Of a stretch of DNA of 64,000 nucleotides, positions 46,291 to 60,767 are shown piece after piece. Location: contig NW_020844730.1 of the NCBI RefSeq assembly GCF_003704095.1, positions 62,001-126,000 of the forward strand, in the 5' to 3' direction. The notes beneath the pieces were generated by a model. That model had not been told where the DNA came from. It searched no databases and saw only the letters and a program-made list of their open reading frames with translations. Numbering within the stretch: the first letter of the stretch is position 1; the number at the start of each line of letters is the position of its first letter. The translations under genes were made by a program, and so were the position numbers. Source of the stretch: Pocillopora damicornis (taxonomy: Eukaryota).

Positions 46291-48579
46291 TTTCAGCGAT
46301 ATATTCTTTGATCTGAAAGATAACAAAAATATTTTGAATATATTCTGCTTGCCCGAGATAACTTTTTCTTGTTTTAATAGGTAACAAAAGGTGGTGACTC
46401 GGCAGGCAGCGAGACAATCACCAAGGTTATAAGTCATTCGAGTTGCCATCAGGAATCGACAGAAGCTATTCCGCACTCGCGACGGGAGATGGTGTGTCTC
46501 ATAAAAGACAACCATCAAACTAATGCGAGGTCTGTTAGGTGGCTTTGTTTGGCTGTACGCCAAAGATAAGACTGAGTTAGCTGAAAGCAGCATATGGTGA
46601 TGAAATTATTGTGACATGGTTAGATATGAAAAGTCATTATAATAAATGAGGGGAGCGGACGTAGTGCGGGACACAACATTTTGAGCAATGAGCAATAGAA
46701 CTGGCAGTCAACAAAAGGGCGTTTGGATCATTATGCTGTTTTTATTCGACTTAACTCAGCTTCATATGCGCTATTTTAATTTTCCTCAGGTTGATCATCC
46801 GTTTGGTCCGTTCATTCGTGTTGATTTTGAAGCATTCAATTGAAAAACCCAAATTAAAGTGTTTTCTTGCAAAAAGTCACCATTAGTCACGAATGGAGGG
46901 GAGTAGTTTGATGGCTGTTTTTAGGCCCGATCACTCGATCCCACGTAATTGCAAAATTTCGATGAACGCCGACTTAACGATGCGATCCAACAGACTCCGG
47001 AATTCAGAGCGTAATTGATTATAGTCGAGCTCCAGCTGATGCGCCGTTCCGTGAAACTATTCGCCCCATTAATATGGTTGTGGTGCTTGCCTGTCTGATT
47101 TTGTCTCGATCCCTCAATAGACAATTGTCTTATAAGACTAGACAATAATATTTGTAATATTAATACCAGCGGAACAATGTAATAACGATTTTCCACCCTA
47201 AAATCAATCCCATTGACCTGCATTTAACACAGGAAGCTGTTACGAGAATTATTGAAATCAATGATTTCACTCTAATTAGTAACTTGACGGCCGGTGGATT
47301 TCACAGGCATATTTGAAACAAATGCCTGACTTGCCAAAAGCCACGGGAAAGCTCCTTAAAAATTATTTCATGGCAAATTTTAAACTCTAAACGTATAGGA
47401 AAGATTTGATATTTGAGAAATTTGATGCAAAATTAACTGATATGTTTTTAATTACAGGATTTTGGAATGTTTCATGACCTGGTGCTTTCTTTCTGTACCC
47501 ACAATTCAAGCTTCCTGTCTGTAAACGAGCATTTTCAATCTGTGTACGTTTTAACATCCACTAATTCATGAAACTAGATTAACAAATAGATAATACAAAG
47601 TCTCACATATGTGGTGATATCTTTGACTAATTTGGTTTGCAGACCAGCTAATTCAAGAAATGCGATACACTCCTTTAATTGTATTTAGTTCATTACTCCT
47701 CTTTACACTCAAATACATTCCTTGCCCGTACTAGCTAATCGCATGATTGTGCACGCTAATACAATTTATGTAATTCTCTCCGGCGTCAACTGTCCATAAA
47801 AATTTCACCGTATTAACGAAAGATTTTCGTTTGCTTTGGTATTCATGTATGGAGGGAAGGAAAGGAAATTTTACTCAACACAGGTCAAAACAGTACCCAA
47901 TAAATCAAGTGGTTCGCGCCCACCACGTCAACTATACCACAGGGAAATAGCTTTCCATTGAAAATTGCTCGTTTTTTAACTTAAACCACTATGATAAAAT
48001 CTTTGACTGTACTCGAAAATCAGGAGTCAAATGAAATTAAAGGGAATCACTTTTACCTTCTATTATGCTACACGGAATCGTAACACGAATTAAATGAATA
48101 GATTTAGTCAGTCTCAGACTAAAATAATAGAGCATTCAAATCGATACTTCTTAGTAGATGTGGGAACAAAAATTACTATGTTGACATGGGTTTGAAAAGA
48201 AAAAATAAAATACAAAATTAAAGATTCGAATGAACTAGGGAAATCTTAAATCCCTTAAACAACTGAATATTGATTTACATTTCGACTTTCTAAGATAGAC
48301 AAATACAAAAATATATTTTGGCAGTTTCACAGCTCTTTTACGACATCTCCACCGAGTGAAAAAGAACAAAAAACGTTGGTGGCAAGACGACGGCTAAACC
48401 AAGCGTTGGAAAAGCATTCTGACCTCTAGTTTTGCACGCGTTTGGCTTGATTATTTTTTTTCTTTCTTGTGATGTTGTTTTTCTTGTCGTTTTAAATTTA
48501 CTTGTTCAACGCTTTTGCTTTTAAAAGGGAATATTGAAAACGACGAAGAAAGGCCATCTTATATTTCAGGGGGGGGAAA

Positions 48580-48636
48580 AGGGTAGACAGGGAGGGTAGG
48601 AGAAGAGAGGGTAGACAGGGAGAGGTAAGAGAGGGC
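48580..48636. repeat. Purine-rich imperfect tandem repeat (GGGTAGACAGGGAG x2), G-quadruplex-prone
   Basis: Read directly; multiple GGG runs. Confidence 0.7.
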
Positions 48637-50453
48637 GGATACCTAAGTCTGGATTTTGCGTTTTAGTAGAAACCGAGACATATATTTAGGAAAGGAATTT
48701 TCTTATTAGTAACCGAAGCCTCATGTCTTCACTTGCAATTAATAGTCACTAATTGTGTCAGCGAGTTAAGATTTCCGGTTCTTAGCTTGCACGCCATAGA
48801 CATAAAAACAAACACATAGGTACGACGACGGGATTTTTACAACCATTGGGGTGAGAAAAAAAAACGAACGCTGGCGAAACATGTGTTACATTATCCCAAC
48901 ATACATGAAAACAAGTTATTCCTGCTCTATTTTACGATCTTTCAAGTTTGAAGGGCAACGAGTGGTGAAAAGTGATGTTTTGTCAGTCAACAAAAGACAT
49001 CCTACACCTATTGGCAATTTGCCTGGCATGTGTCATCAATAGCACATTAAAACACACGAAAACAGAAGTTTCCGTTTAGGCCTCACTATATGCTCGCACG
49101 AAAGATGAAAGCCAAACTGATGGGTAATTACGCTCTAACAGACCATCAAAGCCTCTCAGTGGCATTAAGGAAGCCAAAATCTTCAAAATGTTGCCTCGGC
49201 GTCTTTCGCGTCTCGTTTTATTGTGCTTATTGTCATAGTTTGTGAAAGAAAAGGGGACGATATGGCCCATAGATCATCGTAGGTAACTCTAAAAAGGGCG
49301 CCGTCCAAGATGCAACACACAAATGAAAGTCAGTTTCTTCCGTTAAAACCCACCTCGGCCGCTGGGTACAAGGGAATTTACCATCAAATGGCTCCACTCT
49401 GTGAAGAAACTATGTGAAGAAAGAACCGTAACGGGAAGTTCATGATTTATTACAAAATGAATCCAATAACTCATCAAGTCCACAGTAGTTTGCCCCAGGG
49501 CCTTACGTAACAACACTGGAAATGTTCCAGTGCGGTTACAGGGAAAATTTTGACATATCCCACAACAAAAACACTCCTTCCTAATTTGAGAATGGCGACG
49601 CCACGCTTTTCCGGCAAACTGTTCCCTGTTTCAGCATGATTTGAATTAGACTCAAGTACGCTGTTTGTTTTTTCTTACAAATGTGACGAGTTCCTACAAA
49701 CTGACGGAAACAGAGGGATCAAAATGCTTAAAATGCCTTCCATGCTGTTTACACTCAGGAAATTTCGAGCCGGCCGGCGGCAACATGCAATGTACTGGCC
49801 GATACTGTTCGATCCGGAGATGAATCTAATCATCCAGAAAATAGAAGATTAACAATTTTACTTTTTAAAAGATTGATACGACTTAATTTGATTACAAAAT
49901 TATTGCCGGAATTAAGAAAGCAAATTCCGTAATAGTAGAAGCTTCAACAGAAAAAGCGGGGAAGGCTGAAGCCGAAGGGACATTCCAAGTTCGTTTGTAC
50001 ATGTGCCTATTATAACACCGAAGCTAAAACGAAGAATTACATAGTATTACCTACTCTTGTTCCAATTAATCATGACTAAAAAGTTAACCGCACGGAAATA
50101 TTGCTAAGTATAACAAGTAAATGCGAAGTCATGTAAAATCATGTCAAATGCCTCACTTCGTACACAATCGAACTTCCAGAAATAGCTTGAAAAGACACCA
50201 ACCTTAACCAGCAGCATAAAGCAAGACACGCGAAAGGGTTTTCAAAGGCTATTCCGTGACGAATTCGTCTGTGTTTAAGTTAACGTGGCGCGAGCACTGG
50301 GGATGTGACTAAAGTACTCAGCAAAGATGATATAACCCGGGTTTAATTTGGACGTGATACGTAACACAGGTGCTTGACATAGCCCAAGTATAAACAGCGC
50401 AGGATGTCAACCCTGGACTATTTGACTGACAGTCAAGCTCATTCATGTCAGTT

Positions 50454-50467
50454 GTTGCCATGGTAAC
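50454..50467. promoter_or_regulatory. Consensus RFX X-box GTTGCCATGGTAAC
   Basis: 14/14 match to GTTNCCATGGNAAC in a CpG-rich patch about 4.2 kb upstream of the DDR-like ATG. Confidence 0.6.
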
Positions 50468-53400
50468 AGTTAAAAATTGTCCAAAGGCCACTGTGATTTT
50501 CCGTCATTGTTAAGTAAACATAAAAGTTTGATACCACAAAAGTTTGATGATACCAAGCTATGAAAAAGTGAAAAAACTTCTGGTCACCATTTAGTGTCAG
50601 ATTATAGTGAACACTGAAGACAAAAGGAACTAAGAAAGTCGGAATGTCGAAACTTTAAGGAAACGATTTCATTATTTCGTATATGTCGCCTAAACAGGCT
50701 TCACTAGCTTAAAACCAGTAAAAACAAGAACGACAAAATTGAAATTTGACCCATCCCCATCACAAAAGCAACAAATTAGGTTTTGCGATTATATACTGCA
50801 GAAAACAAACATTGCCTACCACAAGAAATCTTTGTAGAACCAAACAACCCCTTCGGAAAGCATTTAGAGACTTTCTATGTACACAGAACATAACTTACTT
50901 TGGATGCTTAAACCATATTGTCTTTATTAACTACTTTTATGGACATTCAAGCCAACTGTTTGTTTTTATTCTTTTTATGCGAGCAGGATATGTTTTTTAG
51001 GTGATTCACAATTTGACAAACTGTGACGTTAAGTGTATGGAATCATTCACATATCACGTGTAGAGCAACACCTTTCACAGGAAATGAAGACCATTCACTA
51101 TCAAGCTATCAATACAGGGTGTCTTCATGCTCCTTATCCGGTTGACAAATTTTTTAAGGTTTCTGAAACAATTTATGTTCATTAAGTTAAATTCACACTT
51201 CTCTCAACCTGAATAACCACTTGGTCAGTTATAAAAAGAGGGATTTATGGAGAAACTTTCCTGGTTAAAGATAATACAAGCACCAGAGACATCTTTGTCA
51301 TCAGATAAAACCGGCCTATTAGGAGACATCAGGATATAAACTCTGCAAGCTGACTGCGAACCGACAATGTACAATGGTAAGACAATTTTCTAAAAAAAAG
51401 TTTTTTGAAATTGAGCTTCAAACGTCATCGAAAAATTCTAGAATCTTATCTTAAAGTTGTTATCCTCTTATAGAAGGCGAGCGCGTGGATCTTGTCAAAA
51501 CATATTTGCTGAGTTATACTACATTTCTTTTTTTTATCATCATCCCATTTTAAGTCACAGTTATTAATGATCAACTTAAATGATTTTTTCCTTATGCTAT
51601 TAATAAAAAGACACAGACTTAAAAAACCGTCTTTGGCCCTATGCAGAACCGAACAGCCCGGTATTGAAGAACAGGGTGTTATTTCTGATTCATAGCCAGC
51701 TAGTGAAAGTGGTGTGCCGATCCAATGTGACATTGAGAGCTAATCAACAAGTGCAGCTCCTAATAGTCGATCTGATCAGAGCGCAAACAAACAGGTCAGC
51801 CGACATGGAACCTTGCAGCTTAAGCTTGCAGATTAATTCTGAGTGTTCACAGTTAATCCATTACTCTGTAAGTATGTTGTCTTGACGTTCTATTCTGAAA
51901 GATAGCAACTGGACCTAACTCGACACTACGAAACTTCTTTTTTTATAGCAGTGAATCTCACTTAGTTTGTCACTCTCGTGATGCGTTTCTCTCCAAGTTA
52001 CCAGCGATTGAAAATTGGTTGGCTGAATGCCCTATGAAATAAAGACGAAGAGCAAAAATAGAAATTGTTCAGTACTAATGTTTCAGTCATCTCACTTGTG
52101 ACAGCAATCAAAATAAACGCTGATATAATCGATTAAACTTTGTTCATTTTGTGTAGTTGAGGGAACTTTCTTATTAAACTTTATGATGTCCAATCAGATG
52201 TCAATTCATTATCATTGTCCCATCAACAGCATTACCCCTAAGTTTAAGAAATATGCTGAAAATCTGGACAACCTCCAACAACTAATTGAGTAAGATATAC
52301 GGTGATATGAACTTCGAGCAACGACAATAAACATGTCAAAGAAATTCGACGGTTTTATAAAGGTTACCGACCTGAGTGCTGAAATTCAGCCATGATTAAA
52401 ACTAATTCCCTTTTTATGTTTTCTCTCTCGGAGTAAGATATGTAAACTGACAAACATCGGATTGCAGTGCTGTGCTGGGGTTTCCGTAACTTTCTCAATG
52501 AACGGCTGCCAATTGTGCAATAGGCGGCAGTGCGCGGCGCCGTAGGGCAAAACCGGAACGCGGGAGCCTACTCGCAGACTAAACAAACGAGGGAAAAGGT
52601 CTTATAGGCGGAGGTAGATCGCCGGTAACCGGCTTTTGTAGAAACCACCGGTACTGTGACTCAGAAATGCCAGAAATGGCATGAAATTTCACTATCTTCC
52701 ATAACGAAGAACTTAAGTACGCCCTCCTTTTCAAAACACAGTTAGAAAAGGAAGGTTTTAGCGAAAATTACACCTCAAGATAATACTTCTTCCCTCCGTA
52801 CTTTTCCTCAGATCATTATGCAATAAGTTCTGCGGAATTGCGCTTGATCATCACATGTTAAAGTTGTTTGGCGAGCGCCTAACACGTGCCTTACAGAAAC
52901 TTATAAAAAAAAAAAGTCAAAAAGAGAATCAGACTTGATAGTGTAATTCAGCTGTCAATCCTGACGATCTTAAGGGTCCTTTACAAACAGTTTATTTTTC
53001 ATGTCAGGGTAAGATTTCACTTTTGCTATCATTTCTGTTCAACGACGGGCCACAAAACATCAATATAGTTCAAAGATTGGAATTTTATGATGAAAAGTTT
53101 ATTTACCCAACTGTAAGCCTAAGTCCTGTGAAATGAAAACCGTCTCTAAGTTTGCGATATCAAGTGTCCTCCTAAATTAGTAACAACGATGAACCGTTGG
53201 AATACCTCCCTACAGCACAGATAAAATGTTTAAATCATCTGGCGATCTGTAGCAATGTTCTAGAAGACTAAATCACGATTGTAAAAAAGTGAATGAAAAG
53301 ATTGATCATTGGACCCGCTGTTTTAGCTGCATGCGGTAATTTCGATCATACTCTACATGTACGTTGCTCACCTTGTGAAATCCTCATAAACAAAACAATA

Positions 53401-56400
53401 TCGATTATTTTCCAAATGCTTCTCTGTTCCAGTTTAAAAGCTTGAAAATAACAAAACATCAACCATTCTTTAAATGGAATTGAAAACATCTGTCATGGAA
53501 GAAACGAGAAATAAAATTATGGCGCCAATGTCCATGGTTGATAGAAAAATTTCAAACTTATCCCTCTAAAGATATCGCTCTTCTTCTCAGTGATCTTTGG
53601 AATCGATAAACCAACTAAGAAAATTGCAACTACGACGAAACACAAAAAAAACCGAAGGAGAGGCGGAGAGCCTCATGGATTTATGGAGGATTCCAAGTTT
53701 ATTTAACTTCTGTTTTCATATCGTACTTCTGTACACGCATGAAATTTACTGTTAGATTTCGAAGAGAAAATCATAACCTTAATAGTTGAAGATTTTCGAA
53801 GTTAAAATTCTTAAACAAGTTTTTCTCCTCGTTTACAAAGAGATAAATGCACTTTACGTTCCAAAAAAGGGGGGGTCCATACGCCCCTTCCACCCCTCCC
53901 TCCCATCCTCTGCCATACTCACATTTCTCAAAAGCATAACAATTAGACCGGCCTCGTAAATGCTACAAGTTTACCCAAAGCAATTATTTTTGATATTCGA
54001 TGAATTTCCTTAATTGCAAGCCGTCATCAAGGGTTTGATTTGGTACAGGCAAAATAACCTTATATCTTCTTAATTTCAATTGTGACATTTGAGTGCTACT
54101 GGATACGGGTGATCAGTCGATGAATTACCTAAAATCTCAACCTTCTCTTTATCATATTTCTCCAAACATCTTTCCAACACTTTATCGTTTCATTTGTAAC
54201 CTTCCAAAATCGGCCGAATCAACACGTTTAATCATGTACACCTTTTTAAACTAAAGGTAATTGAGCACGTTCATCCGCGGGTTCTAGACGTAACCTTGAC
54301 ATTTAACAAAAGGATGTATTTAACAACGTACTTCATCCCCGGAAACCGATCCCTGAACAAAGGGTAATTATAATTACAATTCAGAGATCTGCGGTCAAGG
54401 ACTCGCCCTTGCCGCGCTGCTAATAAAGACATTCACTGTTAGGGCCAACAGTCAGTAAATGTTTGGATTTACATTTGTAAGAAATGACGCAAACGTGTTA
54501 GCAATTATAACGAGCCTTGCTTCTAACCTTTTTCACCCGTTTATAAGTTTGAAAAGTAAAATCAAAACAAACTCTCGTGTACCGTTGAGGAGAATGACTT
54601 GCAGGCGATTATTTGGTATTGAAGAACTGGATACGTAGTATTTTTACCAAAAGACTCCTTAGTACCGAAAGTTACTAAATTAGCAGTCGAAACCCAACTT
54701 TAGATAATTACTCGCGCTTCGTTACTGATGTAAAGAGTAAACTGGCTCTCAGCCAGAGATTAAGTCAAAATGGCGAAGGAAACGTCGAAGTCAGACAAAA
54801 GTTTCGCGTCCGCACAAGTCAAATCGAAAAGCATCCGTTGAGACTAACTCAGAAAAGCGACGTAGGCCAACCGTGTAAAGGAACAAACCAGTGATCAAAC
54901 TACGAAGTGATGTTCAGATAGGGATCTAATTTATCCTCAGTTATGGTTGTGCTCCAAACAAATAAGTTCAGCTTTTTCCAACCCGAAGTATAATTATTTA
55001 CCTATGACTAAAGGAATTTCTTTAATCCATGCCGTATACGCGTATTGTTCCCTGCTCGCCCAACCGCGCCCAAACCAACGACGAAAGTAACATTTGACGA
55101 GGAAATGTTCAAATGAGTTTCATTTTTTTCAATAAAAGAATTCATCACGGCTTCCGTCTGGTGAAGAATTCGATCTACAGGTTGAAGGCGAAACTGAAGG
55201 AAAGAGAACGGGTCTCAAATCTGTAAAACTAAGCCTTAAACAAATTGACCCAGTTACATAGTAAAGCATTTGTACACTTGTCATTAACCACTAACAGAAG
55301 CATGATTCGAAACACCTTACCGACACGTAGAAGCTGAAAGGCAGGCTTATGCAGCAAAGTTTAATTTACCTCCTGGAAAATTGCTCTGAAAGGGTTACTC
55401 AAGAATGCGCCTCGGGATATCAAGTAGGATTTCAAGAAACCCGATATTGACATAAAATAGTAAATAAACGTCGATGTTTTGACTCAAATTGCTTGACAAC
55501 CGAGACCGAAAAAGATGACTCACCCACACTGAAACGACCTGAGGGTGTTTTGGTTGTTTCTGATAAGGCATGACTAACTAGATTTTTCAAGGAAATTCAC
55601 AAGTGTTATTGTAATTAACTTGCTCATGAGCCTCACTCCTAGAAACTGAGGTTTTTTTTTAAGCCCTCTTAACTTGGGATCTGCCCCAAATATTTCCGTC
55701 TTGACCATATACAACAGCGAGGGGGTTCCATCAAGAGCAGTAAAACTATAGAGATGTTATCCGCTTCTAAGGCTGCCTACAGTCTTCCAAGGCACTTATC
55801 TCAAGCTCTGACAAGGCCGGTCTCCGAATCATTACCTTTAAAACCCACAAAACAACTGTTGATTGTAATCTGCTGAGGATGAGGATCCGTCTTGAAATTA
55901 CATGACAGTTCATGAGATGTTGAAAGGTCAAATCACGAGCTCATTGCACACGAGGAATTCCACATACGAGAGGTTTTACTGCCGAGTTAATAAAAACAGT
56001 TCCTCGCTACGCCCTAACATCAGTATGCATATTCTTTATACTGTTCTTTGTACATGTCCTAAGATGTTGACAAGGAGAATTCGTTTAAAAATCAAGAGCT
56101 TCTCAAGTGAAAGGGAAATATTCGTTACTGTAGACAGGTTAAAATCGAGAGTCAAAATGTCGACTTGTTACTGTCATCATGTGAAAAATTCAATAGCTAC
56201 GACATATGGTATGCTTCCGGCAATTTGAAGCCTAGTGTACACCACTAATGAGAGAAGTTAAGAAATGGAAAAAAAGTGAAACCTTAAAGGATTGAAAACT
56301 TTTTTGTTCTAAAGTACATTGTAAACACTAATACGTCTGGCGATCGATGATGAAATCAATGTTCGTTTTGTTCTGTTCGGGCTTTAGTCTCAATGATTTA

Positions 56401-59400
56401 TGTTCTCACTTTTCGCCAATTAAATTGACAGAAGAATGTCACCCTTGCTGTGTGATGATTCCTCAGAGAGGTTACAACAGTGCGAGTTACTAATACACAG
56501 CTGAGAGTTTGAGAGAAGTTATGAAGGAAACAAGTGTAATCTCTTAAATAAGTCATCTCATGATCTGTATTGCGTAGTAATACGAAGTTAACATGTCGAG
56601 TGAACCCGTCTAATGTGATGACTATAAAAAATGAACGGGATGCAACTGAATAGTTGCAACTGATTTTCATCAGTTGATTGTTATTTCTTATGTTTGCTGT
56701 TGGCAGTGGCTCTAGTTTTCATCTCAAATAACAAGTTCTCTTAAGTCAGGTACGCAAACTCAGGGAATTTTTCTTTTGTGGTAGCCCAAACAAACAAGAT
56801 GCGTGTTCGCATAATAAATAATGTAAACAATCAAATGAAGTGTGATAAATCTGGAAGGGGCAGAGTAGAGATTAGATAATAATATCGGCTGAGAAATACT
56901 CACGACAAACCTGAAAATTGAAGGGAAGCCCAAGTTTTAACAATATAGAAGACTGACCAGCGAGTTGAAAAATTATATAGTTATATTTCGCTAGGAAGGA
57001 AAGGACAGAATGATGACGAAGACAAATGGTATGAAGCTGCCATCCTACGCGCAAAAGACGTCGTTGATTTCCATCTAAATATAAATCAAACTCACACGAT
57101 ATCTAACATGGCCCGTCTTGGTTTGCACATCCCACGCACTCATCTTTCAAAATTCAATTACGTGGTACAATTTTCAGGGAAGCGTTTGCCTTCTAAGTAA
57201 GTTGGAGTTTATCGATTTACTTACAGTCCTTGTCCCTTGTATCTGCCTTGAGTATGTTTCTCAGCTTCCAAGACAAAATTGTCGAAAAATCCTCGAAAAA
57301 CTAACGCTTGCGACAGTTCTTGGTAGACGAAACGAGGTTATTGTTTCACGCTGCTTCTTTGAGTACAAATTTAAACTCAAAGAACGTGCCAGGGTAAATA
57401 CGGTGCCACACGAAAAGCCGGAAATCCTTGTGTACTGAGGACATGCGGTCAACACTGCAGCGGGAAGTGCACATGCGTCAGATAAGTATCAACGTGACTC
57501 CTGTACATTCCAACGTTCAATAATTGCGTTTCACTAAATTTCAGTTTCTCTTCAAAAGAGGATACGTAAAGCTACAAGGATATTATAACCGATATTCATC
57601 ACCTTATCCATGCGAAAACTGGTTTCCTTATCAAGGCAGATGTTTAGGGATATTATGACGTATTCTAGCAATCAATAGTTTAAAAGCTTGCATAAACTTG
57701 CTTTTGAATTTTGTTCCGTTTGTGATAATTTCTCCAAGATTCATCTAACATCTTAAGAACTACGTAGTAACATCAGACCAATATCCTATAGCCAAAAATT
57801 TTAAGCGATTTTTAATACATGTTTTTTTGGCCAGCCTTTTTTCCACCTAAAGTTTAGTTATGTCTTGCCTTGTGATGCAATAGATGATCATAGATCAGGA
57901 AAGAAAATCTCTAAAAACCTTCTATTAGACGAGAAAGTACCCTTTCAGGTAGTGGCAAGTTCCATTTGTATTTCCGTATTCAGAGAAAAATCTAAAACAG
58001 TTGGAAACAAGCCCTCATTCAGTGAGTATTGTATTGACTAAGCAAACAAAGAGACGAATCCGCTAAGACGTGCTCCTGCAGTCCTTCACACATTCTTATA
58101 ATTGCTAATGGTCGCAAATGGTCACAGAAAGTGTAATCTAACAATGAAATCAGGATGAGTGGATTTAACTCAACGTCATTTCGCGAAATGTGGATCAAGG
58201 AAAATTTCAAGTATCCTCTCCGAGAGCACTTTTTGTACTCAGCAGCCAAACTTCTTGTCGTAGTTAATAAAGCAATAGGGCTCGTATCATCGCCATTTTG
58301 GCAACAAATAAATCAGTGTCATCCAAAATCTTCACACAAAGTAAACAAGGAGCACGTGGGGTCAACTGTTCCAGCTTATATTGCGTCAACAGACGGAAAA
58401 CGCTTCAAAGACTCGGCATTGGTATAAAAACCAGTTCTACCGAGTCTATTACGCCGCAGCTACAAATTTGTACCATTCAGACCAGGGTGACTCCTGTTAA
58501 AAACATTTTAATACAAAAGGAACAAAATGAAATAGCTGAAACAATCATGACATTGATCGTCATGATCGATCAACAGTCACGACATTGATCGTGCTCCACC
58601 GCCCACAGGCACACCTCCAAAAATTCAACCAATCTTGTTCTTCGATCAACATAGCGCCAAAATTTATGTCATTATTGAGGGTCGCATTCTGTTTTCATTG
58701 AGCGGAAACTGAGTCATGTTAGAAAAACACTATCTTTTTTTAATAACTGATACAGCTGACAAAGCTATCGTCTTCGGTGTCATAATTTTATTGAACTAAC
58801 AACAGTCATAAGTAATTTGAGGTACCTGTCTGGTATCCTACTTTTCCGCCCGGAGATAACAGGGATTCATGAATAAATTGCTTATTTGCAATCTTGACCA
58901 GTTTTTTCCTCATTACTGAGGAGGCCAACCTGCATAAAGCATAGCTCTTCCTCTCTCCTTGACAGCTTTGATTGCGGTTGTGTTCAGTTCAAGGTCTAAG
59001 GTATATGTCTTATTTGTTTGCGATTGTATGTTTACTCGTTATCAGACTACATTGTTAAGCTTCAATTAAAAACTTTTAATCATAGACATGCAAAATATAA
59101 AAAGACGCAATTTTTTGAATAATAAAGTATGGTGTACGATATTGAACGAGCTCGCTTCTGCGAACATTTTAATGCCTCTCCTTACAGAAGACATGTGACT
59201 AAAATTTCTGTCGATGCACCGACGTAAACGTCCTCTTAAGAAGGATAACTCACTCAGCGAACAAATTGACTGCGACACTGATTTACCTTATTAGATTCTA
59301 GCAAATTTTCTGGAATTTAATTTTGATCACGTACGAAAGGCAACACAACTTTCAGAGGTCACGATAGCCTCATCTCCAGCTGTCATCAACAACCGCGGTA

Positions 59401-60040
59401 AAAACTTCAGTATATTACCAGAATATAGCAATTCCTTCCTGCATTTTAATCGGCACTTTCAAATTTCTCGCATCCAGGTTGAATGATAATTCGAGGAAAA
59501 AACGATTTGTGGTAAGATACTATGATCAACAATAGAGCCACTTCACTCACAAGAACGGCCGGAAGTTACTAATCACAGCAGGCCTTGAACACGGACTCTG
59601 TCATGGTGACGCCTTACTCATAAGTTATCTCGCTTGAGAAGTGTGTCTTGTGAAGCAAATGAGAAAACTAATTTAGACTGTTCTGAGAAACTTGAGAAGA
59701 ATACTGCTAATACGACGCTGAGAACTGTTAGAGTACGAAAGCTGTTTACTGTTTGAACTAAGTTTGGCGCAGGCATGACTTCTGCTCAGAAGGATCACGT
59801 GATTCTTGGTAATCCGCTTTTCAAAGACATGACCATGAAGTGGGTATTTTTGATTCGTAATCAATAAGAGAGTTAGAGAGGACACGTAATATGTAACGAG
59901 CAAACAGTTTTGAAAGAAACAGTGCGTAGGTTTCTAGTAAAGCTGGATTTCCGGTGAACCTGATCATTTTACGAAAGCTTCCAGTGTGAGAGACGGTCAT
60001 GAGAGAGACCACAGGGGGTCACACAATCTTTTGTTAGCAG

Positions 60041-60483
60041 TACATAATAGAAACCCGCCCAAGAGAAACAAAGAACGGTTCGAGTTTGTAGGGGTTCTAG
60101 ATATCGAGATTGGTATCCTGTTTATAACTAATGAGGAATCATGCTTTTACCATTCTTTTTTTTAAGAAGAACGTTTAATTTGGGAAGTTGAGTTAAATGT
60201 ATTACGTTTTCATATATGTTATTACGTCCATATCAACCGCAATTGAGGATTGGGACGTGTCAGTCAGCTGTGTTCTAACATTTTGACGTTTATAGGCTGT
60301 CGTTTTTACTCAAAGTTCAAGCTTATAACGGGAAAAATTTGAGACAAGGAAAAGTAAAACAGGAAGTTCGAGTTAGCTGATTGTAGATGAGTAGAAGAAG
60401 GGTCTAATCCAAGGGAAATCGGATCTTATTTCATACAGGAGGGGGTCCCAGTTAACCGGGCTCGAGTTAGCGGTTCTACTGTA
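60041..60483. mobile_element. Degenerate Tc1/mariner-type MITE
   Basis: Right end CGAGTTAGCGGTTCTACTGTA (reverse complement TACAGTAGAACCGC), left TACATAATAGAAACC; repeated GTTCGAGTT motifs. Confidence 0.4.
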
Positions 60484-60767
60484 TATCTCTACTTCGCCCT
60501 AAAACTGATAGCAGACTGACCAGACCACAATAGCCTCCCTGAGGACATGTAAAATAAGAAGCCAAATTGAAAAATTGAACATAAATTGAATTATTTATGC
60601 AGTTTAACACTGAAAAAAGCCACAGCAATTTTATAAACGATTCTTTCCTTTTAAAAACGTCTTTAAAAATACAACCGAAATACAATAATTCGACGTGGAC
60701 CGTTGTTTAAAGGAGGAAATCCAGAGGTTACCGCGAAAGAGAACGACGAAAGCATGAACCAGCTACA

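Noticed and set aside
58449-58493. Phase-0 reading ESPWSEWYKFVAAA* of the 58493 exon
   Set aside because: The best upstream exon ends in phase 1, giving GVTLV*; no phase-0 donor supported.
59613-59776. Minus-strand ORF MPAPNLV...KRDNL with TGA directly before a GTAAGG donor (selenocysteine idea)
   Set aside because: No phase-compatible downstream exon, no SECIS recognised, no selenoprotein motif.
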